Origin: Malacoraja senta
Taxonomy: Eukaryota
Length of the DNA: 64,000 nucleotides
Assembly: GCA_038087875.1 (NCBI GenBank)
Contig: CM075998.1
Span: 2,606,001-2,670,000 of the forward strand
Reading direction: 5' to 3'
Shown here: piece after piece, positions 25,640 to 37,790 of the stretch
How the letters are laid out: every line of letters starts with the position of its first letter
Numbering within the stretch: position 1 is the stretch's first letter
Notes under the pieces: generated by a model
What the model saw: the letters and a program-made list of their open reading frames with translations, nothing else
The model's database searches: none
What the model was told of the DNA's origin: nothing
Program-made: the position numbers and the translations under genes

Positions 25640-26156
25640 CTTGACTCTCCTTCTTCCCACTCAGCCTCCTGAAGGGACTCTGTTCCATTTTCAAACCTCC
25701 TCCTCCTGTTGGATTTACTCCACTGATGAGAATTTCCACATAGGTGCATTTGCAAGGTCCTCCTCCGAGAACCATAGCTTCCCCTCTACCATAGTGGGCA
25801 AAGCCCATGACCACATCTCAGCCATTTTGTACACTTCTCCTCTACACAGCAAGGATAGTTTATCTGGTCCATATCTTCCACTCCATCATATTCATTGGAT
25901 CATTCTATTCAAGTACCACCAACTGCAATAAGATTTCACCACATTCCCACCCTCTCCCTTTTAGCATTTCCGAAGGGACCATTCCCTTCCCAACTGTTCT
26001 TCCAACCCCACCCTTCACGATAGTAGTTTCCCATGCAACCACAGATGTAATTCCTGTCCATTTACCTCTTCTCTTCCTAACACCCAGAGTCCTTCCTGGT
26101 GAGGCAACAATTTCCTGCCCTTCTTCCAATCTACTGTTTTGCATTTGGTGTTCAAG
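25640..26156 (+). mobile_element. Degenerate Penelope RT C-terminus/linker remnant
   Basis: DSVPFS..., STDENFH..., SCPSSNLLFCIWCSR (cf. the Penelope TCTSSNxxYCIxC motif). Confidence 0.6.
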
Positions 26157-26625
26157 ACAAGAGTCAAGAATGTTTTATTGTCATATGTCCCGGAAAGGAA
26201 AATGAAATTCTTACTCGCTGCAGCACAACAGAATATGTGAATATGTAAACATTGTATATAACAGGGAAAAAAAAGAAAAAGTTCAATAAATAACAAATAT
26301 AGCGCAAATAACAAATAATAATATAGTCTTTTGCAGTTCAGAGCTCATAGCTTATTCGTTGTGTTTAATAGCCTGATGGCTGTGGGGAAGTAGCTGTTCC
26401 TGAACCTGGACATTAGTCTTCAGGCTCCTGTACCTTCTTCCTGATGGCAGTGGTGAGATAAGTGTGTGGCCAGGATGATGATTTTGGCTGCCTTTTTGAG
26501 GCAGCGACTACAATAGATCCCTTCGACGGTGGGCAGGTCAAAGCATGTGATGGACTGGGCAGTGGTCACAACTTTTTGTAGTCTTTTTCGCTCCTGGACG
26601 TTCAAGTAGCCGAACCAGGCCAGAA
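26155..26625 (-). mobile_element. Rex1-type LINE 3' fragment
   Basis: ERKRLQKVVTTAQSI...RCLKKA; tail ACAATAAAACATTCTTGACTCTTG. Confidence 0.7.
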
Positions 26626-27079
26626 CAAGTCTGCATTAATAGATTATCTGCCCATTGCACAGGGCATCACAAATGATACCCAGATCCAGGATGACATTTT
26701 CCAGCTTGCTTTAACTGCACATTCAAAAAGCCTTCATTTGCCCACAGGTACATTTGCTGAAAGTTAATTCAAGAGTGAAGCAGGAATACAGCGTGTCAAG
26801 TATGCACCATGCGGCAACGTGGTGACATAGATTGTTGCTGCCAAGGAGACGGCTTGTTGATAAGCCAGCTTGAAGTCAACACAGAATGACAACACCACAT
26901 TGAGGTTTGCAAGTCTTTATTTTGATTCCCTTTCTTCCTGTTTGCATACCAAATCTGAAGCAGCAAATGCCACAAATATCACATTTTCTTCAACTGTTGG
27001 AGTTGCAAGCAGGAGAGCCCATGCCATTGCACAAAAGTAGAGCTTAATAAAACTGAGCTTATAAATAAAAGTAGAGCTT

Positions 27080-27458
27080 AGAAAATATAAGATTGTTAAG
27101 GGTTTGGACGCGCTCGGGGCAGGAAACAAGTTCCCGATGTTGGGGGAGTCCAGAACCAGGGGCCACAGAGTTTAAGAATAAGGAGTAAGCCATTTAGAAC
27201 GGAGACGAGGAAACACTTTTTCTCACTGAGAGTGGTGAGTCTGTGGAATTCTCTGCCTCAGAGGGCAGTGGAGGCAGGTTCTCTAGATGCTTTCAAGAGA
27301 GAGCTAGATAGGGCTCTTAAAAACAGCGGAGTCAGGGGATATGGGGAGAAGGCAGGAACGGGGTACTGATTGGGGATGATCAGCCATGATCACATTGAAT
27401 GGCGGTGCTGGCTCGAAGGGCCGAATGGCCTACGCCTGCACCTATTGTCTATTGTCTA
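27080..27458 (+). mobile_element. CR1 3' fragment
   Basis: Near-identical to 13890-14255; (ATTGTCT)n tail. Confidence 0.85.
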
Positions 27459-29166
27459 AAACTACAGATAGTGTGAGATGCAGTGGCTGGAAAGGGGGAA
27501 GATATGGTGAAAGGAAGGCAAAGTGATGATTTAAAGAACCTACAGGTATGGGACAGAGAAAATGTCATCCTGGTGAACAATTTGTAATATTTGTAAATGA
27601 GCTTATTGATAAGGGAAGACAGGAATCTTGAAACACAAGGCAATTTGATGGGTCTCTGTAATAATGCAATGGATGGACAAATATATCAGATGATGTACTT
27701 TGGAGTTTGAAAATACAGTGGCAGATACTAGGGTGGTGTAGAAGATCCAACTTGTGAAGGATCAAGAAAAATGGGCTGTGGTAGAAACAAATCAGAATAG
27801 AGTTAGCCAAATGAGTTAGGAATCTCCCCCCTCGCCCCCAATCCTGGATGAAGAGGTACGACAAATAAACAGACGTGCTAAAGATCAAAGGATGATTGAA
27901 CCGAATAAACATGCAGAGATTTTTGAGTTCAATAGACTCCTGAGGTAGCTGGATCACATTCTCACTGGCCTGTTATTTGAAAAAAAAACGATGAACAGGC
28001 CTTTACTGCTCAATCCATTTCTTAAATTAAGTAGTCACCCTATTAAGCGGTGTTCCTAAAATGGCAGAATTAACTTGGAACATCTCAGGTGAAAAGATTT
28101 GTAGTATTCAGTGTTTCAGTGAAATTATTTTGATTGAAACCCACCTTTTTATTTCATTTAAAAAAAAATGTAGATAAGAAAATGTGATGCAAAGAGTCTC
28201 AAGTAAAGAACCTGCAAAAAGAATGAAACCAAACATATTTTTAAACATTAAATGATACCAGGGCAGTCCTCATACAGGCAGCCATCTCAGGAGTAGAAAA
28301 GGGTTGTTGTGGTCCATTTTGAAAGAAAATAAATGAACAGAAAGCAATCATTAAGATGTAATTATTATAATGGGAGACCCCACCAGTTCAAGGAAATAGA
28401 ATCAATCGAGGGCAGGTCAACACTGGAGTAATCTAGTATTTTTGCCATAAATCTCCAGAGTGGTTCTTGAACCTGGAACCTTATGACTAAGTGAGATTAC
28501 CCAACAATCCAGACCGTTTATCTGTGAACACCCAAAACAATTAGGAGCTATATATTGCAGATATTGAATATTTAGTTTAACCATGGTATTCCTCTGTTTA
28601 TTCTTAAATCACTCATTGGTGAGAAACTTACTAACTTGCAGCACAGTGAGCGACTTCCCATTAGTTTGCTATTAGTTCTGATAATCCCTTGTTAATTCTG
28701 TTAACAAAGTCAGCACATTGTAATGTGTAAACGGTGAGAAACTGAATTAGCTGTTCAAACCTCGATGTTGTGTTTGATAGGGGTGGTGTGTAAACGGAAA
28801 ACAATGGAAAAATTGCATTTACAAATGTGGTTTTCATTACTTCTGGAACCCTTTGTGTATACGGGTCACTTGCAAGAAAAGTAGCAACTAATTTGCGCAA
28901 AAGTCCACAACAGAAAGACGAAGTACCAGTCAAGGCAAAGGGAAATGCTGGAGGAGTCCCTGTAAATTACAAGCACACAAAGTGGAAGGGATCACAAGCA
29001 ATGTATAAATCTGTAGTCAACATTGAAAGCAAGGAATGAACTCGAGTGATGACAGGTGGGCTAAAGGATGGTCCTAGTTTGCATGCGTTATGACTAGTTC
29101 TATAGACTTCAACCAATTGTGACAAAACAAATTACTTAAGAAAACAACTGTCTTGTTTAAAAATGT

Positions 29167-30025
29167 AGAAACAAGGACCTGCAGATGCTGATTAATACAC
29201 AAAAGGACACAAAGTGCTGGAGTAACTCAGCGGGTCAGGCAGCATCTGTGGAGAACATGGATAGGTGACGTTTCACAGAGTGCTGGAGTAACTCAGCGGG
29301 TCAGGCAGCATCTGTGGAGAACATGGCTAGAAACATAGAAAATAGGTGCACGAGTAGGCCATTCGGCCCTTCGAGCCTGCACCGCCATTCAATATGATCA
29401 TGGCTGATCATCCAACTCAGTATCCTGTACCTGCCTTCTCTCCATACCCCCTGATCCCTTCAGCCACAAGGGCCACATCTAACTCCCTCTTAAATATAGC
29501 CAATGAACTGGCCTCAACTACCTTCTGTGGCAGAGAATTCCACAGATTCACCACTCTCTGTGTGAAAAATGATAGGTGACGTTTCACAGAGTGCTGGAGT
29601 AACTCAGCGGGTCAGGCAGCATCTGTGGAGAACATGGATAGGTGACGTTTCACAGAGTGCTGGAGTAACTCAGCGGGTCAGGCAGCATCTGTGGAGAACA
29701 TGGATAGTTGACGTTTCACAGAGTGCTGGAGTAACTCAGCGGGTCAGGCAGCATCTGTGGGGAACATGGATAGGTGACGTTTCACAAAGTGCTGGAGTAA
29801 CTCAGCAGGTCAGGCAGCATCTGTGGGGAACATGGATAGGTGACGTTTCACAAAGTGCTGGAGTAACTCAGCAGGTCAGGCAGCATCTCTGGAGAACATG
29901 GATAGGGAATGTTTCGGGTTGACTCCTTTTTTCATACTGAAGGGTCTCGACCTGAAATGTCACCTACCAATGTTTTTCAAAGATGCGGCCTGATCTGCAG
30001 AATTACTCCGGCACATTGTGTCCTC
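29167..30025. repeat. Penelope-derived element containing a 66-bp tandem array (~7 units), interrupted by a minus-strand CR1 3' end (~29329-29568)
   Basis: Unit GTGCTGGAGTAACTCAGCGGGTCAGGCAGCATCTGTGGAGAACATGGATAGGTGACGTTTCACAGA; TGCTGG starts at 29215, 29281, 29592, 29658, 29724, 29790, 29856. Confidence 0.9.
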
Positions 30026-30202
30026 AATTCTCTTATTTACTTCAGTGTAGACTGAAACCAAGACACTGAAGTTCAAAAACCATTCGACTGTACAGAATTA
30101 AAGTCATCAATGAAATTCCTAAAATGGATATTAAAATACCACTGCTGGATTTGCAACTTCAAAAAGAATGAGCAATTCCACCAAATAAACACATGGGATA
30201 CA

Positions 30203-31100
30203 ATTTCCACCACTGGAATGACAAAATGGAAAAAAAAACAAAGATTCAAACTACATCTGGAGCTCACAGCGGATTCATTCACAGTAAATCCAAGACGTTT
30301 CAGTGGAATGAGCGAACACTCCAGAAGGACATTTAACATTTCCAGCAAGATGCACGTTCAAAAGTCTTGGTGAAGTCAGAGGACTGGTGTGGTGGTGAGC
30401 CACACTTCTATAGCAACCAGAGAGGAATCCCAACAATTTTTCTCAAGGACAGCTGCTGTGTATTATGCCAGTCTTCTGGTCTTTTGTGCACTCCTTCCGC
30501 GATTAGAAAATGCAGTGTTTCCCCCACTCTCCCTGCTCACATGCCAATGTCAGTTGCTGCGCATTTGAAAAGACAGAATGGCTGAATCCTCTCGTGTTTT
30601 AATGTGATTACTGCCTGGGTCAATGCCGTTTCGACATGTGACGTGGAGAGGTTGCACTGGGAACAATGTGGACAGGCTGAAAGTGAGACAGACACTGAGC
30701 TGAATAGGGCCAAGCTGAGAGTGTCTCCCAACCCCTGCTCAGTCTCTCTCTCTGCTTGTATCGGGGAGGGACAGACACGAGCACCATTAGGACCCAACAG
30801 CTGATCAAGGAGATCCTCAGTGGGGCAAAAAGCTTTCCGAGCACTCCTGTCATTCATCTGCAACAATGAGCAGGATTAGTGGAGAATAGGATTAGTGGTG
30901 GCGAGAGCCCAAGAGAAAGGTTTCCGGTTTAACCGGCCCCTCTCCTCAAGGCTAGCTTTATCCTATCACCACCTCGTCCTACTGTGCGAAAGTGCAGCAA
31001 AAACCATCCGAGCAAACTAAAGCAATAATCCCCCTCTTCAGCAGACTGGAATTAAAACAGATTTAGATTAATTACCCACCACCGTGAAGCAGAGAGCATT
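30203..31100 (+). repeat. 898-bp direct duplication, copy 2
   Basis: See copy 1; ORF-track entries are duplicated at the same offset. Confidence 0.95.
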
Positions 31101-32840
31101 AGGTGCTGAGGGGCTGTTCAGGGAAACGCTATACCACAAACACCTCCAAACACTGGTCCTAAAGTCAACAGAAAAGCATCCGTACATTTGAGATCAAGTG
31201 GACTTGCTTCACCTTCAATCGCATAAATGAGCAAAAATCATAGTTCCCCACAGTAGAGTGTTTCAATATGCAAGAATGATTCATTCACAGCCAATTTGGG
31301 GGGGGGGGGGGGGGGGGAGGTTAAAAAGTGATAGTTACCTGCTAAGAGATGATGGTGGGATTTATAAACACAGGCAGCCAACACAATTTGATCTAGAATC
31401 AATGAAATCTTTGAGAATCTCAGTTTCATTTTTTCCAAAAAGTCACTGGCAGATGTCCCTCTTTGTACAATGGAAATCGATAGCAACAGATTGGGAATTT
31501 TGCATGTATGGCATGGCACAACTAAAGCAGAGCTATTAGTGCATGGCCCACAAAAAAAGGTAACAGGTACTAAAATGTCTTGATAACTGGTTTAGCCAGG
31601 GAACACTGCATTTCAAATGGGCTTTCTGCTTAGGATGTGGTTCAGAACATATGGCAAGATCTTTTTTTTTTAGCAGCAGTGCTGTGACTACATGGTATGC
31701 CTGCTCCCTTGAGGTAGAGCACTATTTAATTGAAATTGAGATCAGAATTACAAAAAATTGCTGTGATGTTTCAAGGGTAGTCAGACAATGACTAAACAAT
31801 TCTGTGTTATCAGAAAGATGGGTTTCAATATCTGAAACTGATACATCCCATCTACGATTTATTAACCAGCTGCTGACCTTCAAGTGTGCCATAGAGCCTT
31901 AACAGCACGGAAACAGGCCCTTCGGCCCTCCCATGCCAACAATGATGCCCCATTGAAGCTAGTCGCATTTGCCTGTGTTTGGCCCATAAACCTCTCACCG
32001 TCTATCCATGTATCTGTCCAAGTCTCTCTTAAGTGCTCTTGATAGTACCTACCTCAACGACCCCCTCTGGTGTCTCGCTCCATATACCCAACACCTTCTG
32101 AGTGCAAAAGTGCTGGCATTTAATCACAAGGATCCAGCTTGATCCATATTCCACAACTACCCGACATACGCTTGTTCATATGGTCTCTGGTAATCCATTT
32201 TACAACCCCAAACTACGCAAAAAAAGTTTCTCCATCGCTGAAAGGTGAAATCTATTTTCTCATCCCTTAAATATTAATTTCTTGACAAACGAAAATGGCT
32301 TAATTGCGTTACACAACACTGCTTTTTGAAATGTGCATAAATACTGCACAACAAAAATGCTTTCCTGTTGTAGCTGTAGGTAATCAAGAGGGAAGTAGAG
32401 GAAAAAAAAACAATTGGATACTTCCTGATAATTTAAGACGGCTTCTTCATGTTAAATGACCACTTCCACCCACAGACATTTTCTGTAGTGAACCTCATGA
32501 CAGGATCCTCAACTAGGGCTCAAAACCAGTGAGGAATTAGTCATGTTCACCTAAAATGGATACAAACCTGGGACTCCTGAGTAAGTAGTATTGTGCCACT
32601 TGGATCTCAATTTGAAGTAGACTGTACAAAATGTTTACCATTTTTCTCAAAAGGGATTCAAATCGAACATTAACTGTGCGTCTCAAATAGAATTCTGCCA
32701 GACAAGTTACAGACTACCTCAATAATATGCACCACACTCCAAGCACACAGCAGCAGGAATTCCTTCCCTATCCCACCTGCTCTGCAGACTTTCAAGTTTG
32801 TGTTGTAATTCAGAATAGCCACACTTAGAAATAGATGACA

Positions 32841-33219
32841 CTAGACCAAGTGCAGACCCGTTGGGTCTGGACCCCGAACGTGCTTCAGACCCCGGGGCGA
32901 AAACCGCTAAAGAAAAAAAAAAAATGGCGGCGTTTTTGGAGCAGAGCCGGTCGGCAGCAGCCGTTATGGTGGCTGGCCAGCAAGAGGAGACAAAATGAGT
33001 GAGTGGGGGGTGGGGAGAAGGATTTTATTAAAAATGTCTACATAAACACGACGAATTTTAATCAGGAGTGGATACTTGGAATGAAAAGTGAAATCTCTAC
33101 CGAAATGGAAAAAATCTCGGCGTTTCTGCGTGTGGTGTTGGCGTAGCAACGAATCAAAGGAAGGCTGGCACCCACAAGACAGGCAGAAACACACACACAG
33201 AGTTTTAAATATAGATAGA
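32841..33219 (-). mobile_element. Non-autonomous Helitron
   Basis: Minus strand starts TCTATCTATATTTAAAA and ends with hairpin CAGACCC-AAC-GGGTCTG, then CTAG; inserted between A and T with no TSD. Confidence 0.75.
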
Positions 33220-33685
33220 TTGTAAGGAATCACTCCAAAATGTGACCCAAATGCAGGCAGGCATTCATTATCGCGGAGGACTTTGCGGATTTGCATAAAC
33301 ACATATTCCAGTATCTTCGGTCATTCTGCAAATCAGTGTCTCCTTCAAGAGGTTTAAAATCATGTAGAAACCTTTTTAACATGAATAAATATCCAATCAA
33401 TATTTCAGAGCATTCACTATAAAGAAGTCTTTATACAATTTCAGCCATGCAAATATACTGACCCACACTATTTTGCAGAGGTGGACAGGTAGAGTGTTTA
33501 ATTAGGCCAATTTTACAGTACCTATTCCATCACTGGCTATGCATTAAGCAACATTCTAAAACATACCCAGAACAAAGCACAGCAGAGAAATTATGGCAAC
33601 AAAGCGAGACATGAAGAAATAAAACAGAACTGCTGGAGCCTCAGTACTCATGAAGTGCAATTAAAAACACAAGCAAAGTGTTCCA

Positions 33686-33691
33686 TTTATT
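33686..33691 (-). promoter_or_regulatory. Candidate ARF3 polyadenylation signal
   Basis: AATAAA on the minus strand ~290 nt past the stop. Confidence 0.45.
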
Positions 33692-33982
33692 GGAAATGTG
33701 ATAAATGCAATCTTAATGCAATGTTTAAAAAAAATCTTTCTGCACAGATCCAGCTCTGATTTGAGTTTTTCCACATTTAAGCCAACCGCAGCTGTTTGAC
33801 GAGAGTCTTGGGAAAGAGACTACAATACAGTCGAAGGACACTACTGCTTGGATCCCAAATAACCAGAAGACACCACCGCCCATGGAAATGAAGATTTTTA
33901 ACAAAAAAAAGTCAGTGTGGCCGAATTCACCTCATCAAGACAGTCAAATCTTTCCAAATACACAATCCTTGGCAAGGAAGCA

Positions 33983-34141
33983 TCACTTCTTTTTCAACTG
34001 ATTGGCTAACCAATCCAGACCATCGTAGAGACCCTCACCAGAGCTGGCGCACGTAGCCTGAATATGCCATTGTCGACAGCGGAGGGTGTGCAGGCCCAGT
34101 TTATCTGTGATTTGAGCCGCATTCATTGCATTCGGAAGATC
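33983..34141 (-). CDS. ARF3: ARF3 last coding exon
   Basis: [65 protein letters not shown] is ARF3-like. Confidence 0.9.
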   Translation of the reverse strand, partial: DLPNAMNAAQITDKLGLHTLRCRQWHIQATCASSGEGLYDGLDWLANQLKKK

Positions 34142-34621
34142 CTAGGAGGAAGAGGCAACATTTATACCTCAGAGTTATATTGCTTCATGCGATGCTGCAA
34201 GATTGCCCCGGATCCCAAAAAGCCCCAAGATTAAAAACCCTTTCTATTTTATGCCATAATCAAGCAGAGAAGTAGTAACTAATTGAGGATGAATGATAAA
34301 CATCAACATAAAAACTTTTAATTGAAAACAGGTGCAGAAAATGTCAAGACAAGATCAGAAATGGATGCACAGGGTTTTTAAGTTTAGAGGTATAAAATAT
34401 GAATGCAAGCTGTGCCAAACTCCAATAATCACTAGTTAAGGCTCAATTGGAATAGCATGCCCAATTTTGGCCATGCATTTTATGATTAGACATCAGATGT
34501 CTGTCGAGGAAACAAGAAATTTAGTGGTATTATACAGGGGAATTGAGATGCATAAATTTAAATGTAAAAAAAAGGTTTTAAAAAAATCCAAAGTTACTAG
34601 CCAGTAGAGAGATTTAAGATA

Positions 34622-35026
34622 CACAAAAATGCTGGAGAAACTCAGCGGGTGCAGCAGCATTTATGGAGCGAAGGAAATAGGCAACGTTTCGGGCCGAAAC
34701 CCTTCTTCAGACTGATAGGGGGTGGGGGAGGGGGGCGGGGAGAAGAAAGGAAAAAGGAGGAGGAGCCCGAGGGCTGAGGGAGAGATAGGAAGGGGAGGAG
34801 ACAGCAGGGGCTAACAGAATTGGGAGAATTCAATGTTCATGCCCCCAGGATGCAGACTCCCCAAGTGGAATATGAGGTGCTGTTCCTCCAATTTCCGGTG
34901 TTGCTCGCTCTGGCCATGGAGGAGACCCAGGACAGAGAGGTCGGATACGGAATGGAAGGGGGAGTTGAAGTGCTGAGCTACCGGGAGGTCAGGTTGGTTA
35001 TTGCGGACCGAGCGGAGGTGTTCGAC
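34622..35026 (-). mobile_element. 5'-truncated Penelope-like element (GIY-YIG C-terminus + 3' UTR with hammerhead core), 13-bp TSD
   Basis: EHLRSVRNNQPDLPVAQHFNS...RKLEEQHLIFHLGSLHPGGMNIEF; TSD GAGATTTAAGATA at 34609-34621 and 35027-35039. Confidence 0.88.
34682..34714 (-). ncRNA. Minimal type I hammerhead ribozyme-like motif
   Basis: RNA AGU-CUGAAGA-A-GGGU(UUCG)GCCC-GAAAC-GUU-GC: conserved CUGANGA and GAAA, stem II with UUCG loop, palindromic mini stem III. Stem I is weak. Confidence 0.6.
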
Positions 35027-35779
35027 GAGATTTAAGATAATTGGCAAAAAAAAATGTTGCAAGACACACTAACATTAAGACAGTGGAATTATGATGCGGA
35101 GTGCACTGCCTGAAAAAGATGGTGGAAAATGATGCCGTGGTAACTTGGAGAATTGTACAAATGACTGGAAGAAAAAGAGCCATGTGGCTAATTGGAGAGA
35201 TATACCAAAGAGTCAACCTAGGCATGATAGGCTGACTAATGGTGCTGTAAAAATCTGAGACAAGCATTTATTGTTAAAATGAATTCAAGATTAGGAAATT
35301 GCATAATGCATGTATCGTTCTCTACTCCCCAGATAAAACATTCACAATTGACAATGCAACAATGTATTGTTTCAAGAGCGGCATCATAATTGCAAGAGGA
35401 AAACGACATTTGCTGGCTTTAGCAGTTTGCTATGCGCAAAGACAAATGCTGCTTGTTTTTTTTGCAGATTGAGGGTTTAAGAAACCGAAATACTAAAATA
35501 CAGTAAAATATTTCAGCAGTGCCAATTTGCGCCAAATTACAAATGACATATTTTGCAATGCAGTACTTTGAAAGGCAGCACAGATACAGATAAACCATTA
35601 GAAAAGAACCTACAGTGTACCCAGCAAGAGGGAACATCAGTCGTAGCAACTGGGATGAAGTTTCAAGTTGGAAAATTCCTGTGTTTGTTGCTCTACGAAA
35701 GTGCGATTTAGAACTCATCTCAGCTATGATACACGATCAGACAAGATCTACAATTAGCCACTTCAAAGTGTTCGTTTAC

Positions 35780-35904
35780 CTGTTTGTTGGCAAAAACAAG
35801 CAAGATAGCCTCACGCAATTCACTTTCTGCAAGCATTCGCATTAGCTCATCGCGTGCCTCGTTCATGCGTTCTCCATCATTGCTGTCAACAACAAATATC
35901 AAGC
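35780..35904 (-). CDS. ARF3: ARF3 coding exon 3
   Basis: 125 nt; [48 protein letters not shown]. Confidence 0.92.
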
Positions 35905-35954
35905 CTAGAAGAATAAAAGTGAGCATAAAATCTCAGACTGCAGTTAGTTTTTCC

Positions 35955-37283
35955 ATATAACACTACAGCACAAAAAGCCCTTCGGCCCACAATGTCTATG
36001 TCATGATGCCATTACCACCCAAAGTGCAACACCTCATACTTGCTCGGATTAAACTCTATCTGCCATTGATCCACACATTTCTGTAGCTGATCTATATCCC
36101 GCTGTATATTTTGATAACCTTCCACACAGTCTCCGACCCCCGCAATTTTGGTGTCATCTGCAAACTTACTAACCAAAACATCTATGTTTATGTCAAAGCC
36201 ATTTATATATCACAAACTTCAGAGGTCCCTGCACAAATCCCTGAGGAACTCCACTGGTCACAGCCCTCCAGCCTGAATATTGTTCTACCACCACAATCCG
36301 ATCTTCCATCAGTAAGCCAGTTCTGAATCTATACGACCAAGTCACTGTTAATCCCGTGCATCTTATTCTTCTGGATCAGTTTACCATGGGAGAATATCAA
36401 ATGCCATACCAAGACCCACAGACAAAACCCACCACCCTACTCTCATTGATCACCTTTGTCATGGCCTCAAAAAATTCGATCAAGTTAGTAAGACAAGACC
36501 TGCTGCGTACAAAGCCATGCAGACCATCGCTGATTAACCAATTCCAAATGGGAATAAATCCCATCCCGAAGAATCCTCTCCAATAGCTTTGCTACTGCTA
36601 ATGTGACGCAAATCAGCCTATAATTCCCTGGTACACAAAAATGCTGGAGAAACTCAGCGGGTGCAGCAGCATCTATGGAGCGAAGGAAATAGGCAGCGTT
36701 TCGGGCCGAAACCCTTCTTCAGACTGATAGGGGGTGGGGAGAAGAAAGGAAAAAAGGAAAAAAGGCGGAGGAGGAGCCCGAGGGCTGGGGGATGGGGAGG
36801 AGACAACCAGAGGGCTGATGAAGGGGAGGGGACAGCAAGGGCTAGCAGAATTGGGAGAATTCAATGTTCAAGCCACCAGGATGTAGACTGCCCAAGCGGA
36901 ATATGAGGTGCATTTCCTCCAATTTCCGGTGTTGCTCGCTGTGGCCATGGAGGAGACCCAGGACAGAGAGGTCAGATACGGAATGGGAGGGGGAGTTGAA
37001 GTGCTGAGCCACCGGGAGGTCAGGTTGGTTATTGCGGACCGACCGGAGGTGTTCGGCGAAACGATCGCCAAGCCTCCGCTTGGTCTCCGCTATAATTCCC
37101 TGGATTCTCTCTACTTCCCTTCTTAAATACGGGAACAATATCAGCTACTCGCCAGTCCTCCAGGGCTTTGGCTGAGGTTAAAGACACAGAGATCTTTGTC
37201 AAGGCTCCCACAATCTCTCTCTTGCCTCTCTCAATAACCTGGGATAGATCCCATCATGTTCTGGGGATTTATCCACCTTAATC
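35955..37283 (-). mobile_element. Older CR1 RT fragment, interrupted by the Penelope insertion
   Basis: KVDKSPEHDGIYPRLL...EDWRVADIVPVFKKGSRENPGNY continues beyond the insertion into HGFVRSRSCLTNLIEFF and WQIEFNPSK. Confidence 0.8.
36632..37089 (-). mobile_element. 5'-truncated Penelope-like element, 14-bp TSD
   Basis: ETKRRLGDRFAEHLRSV...PVAQHFNSPSHS...GLNIEF; TSD CTATAATTCCCTGG at 36618-36631 and 37090-37103. Confidence 0.9.
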
Positions 37284-37790
37284 CTTGTGATTGAGGCAGT
37301 GCAGCGTAGGTTCACAAGATTGATCCCTGGGATGGCGGGACTATCATATGAGGAAAGATTGAAAATACAAGGCTTGTATTCACTGGAGTTTAGAAGGATG
37401 AGGGGGGATCTTATAGAAGCATATAAAATTATAAAAAGACTGGACAAGCTAGATGCAGGAAAAATGTTCCCAATGTTGGGCGAGTCCAGAACCAGGGGCC
37501 ACAGTCTTAAAATAAAGGGGAGGTCATTTAAGACTGAGGTGAGAAAAAACTTTTTCACCCAGAGAGTTGTGAATTTATGGAATTCCCTGCCACAGAGGGC
37601 AGTGGAGGCCAAATCACTGGATGGATTTAAGAGAGAGTTAGATAGAGCTCTAGGGGCTGGTGGAATCAAGGGGTATGGGGAGAAGGCAGGCACGGGTTAT
37701 TGATAGGGGATGATCAGCCATTACCACAATGAATGGTGGTGCTGGCTCGAAGGGCCAAATGGCCTCCTCCTGCATCTACGTTTCTATTAA
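37284..37790 (+). mobile_element. CR1 3' fragment
   Basis: IEAVQRRFTRLIPGMAGLSYEERL...GYGEKAGTGY*. Confidence 0.88.

Noticed and set aside
29569..29922. 117-aa ORF of 22-aa repeats; CRISPR-like appearance of the arrays
   Set aside because: A by-product of a 66-bp (multiple of 3) tandem unit. There are no unique spacers and no cas genes, and the context is eukaryotic.
21622..31100. Direct repeats as the LTRs of an 8.6-kb retrovirus/LTR element
   Set aside because: No TG...CA termini, PBS, PPT or gag/pol remnants. The interior is old mixed repeats, which is incompatible with 99% identical LTRs.
35955..37790. Twin-priming 5' inversion of a single CR1
   Set aside because: The minus-strand piece has its own 3' tail (~35955-36000) and is more decayed, so these are two separate elements.
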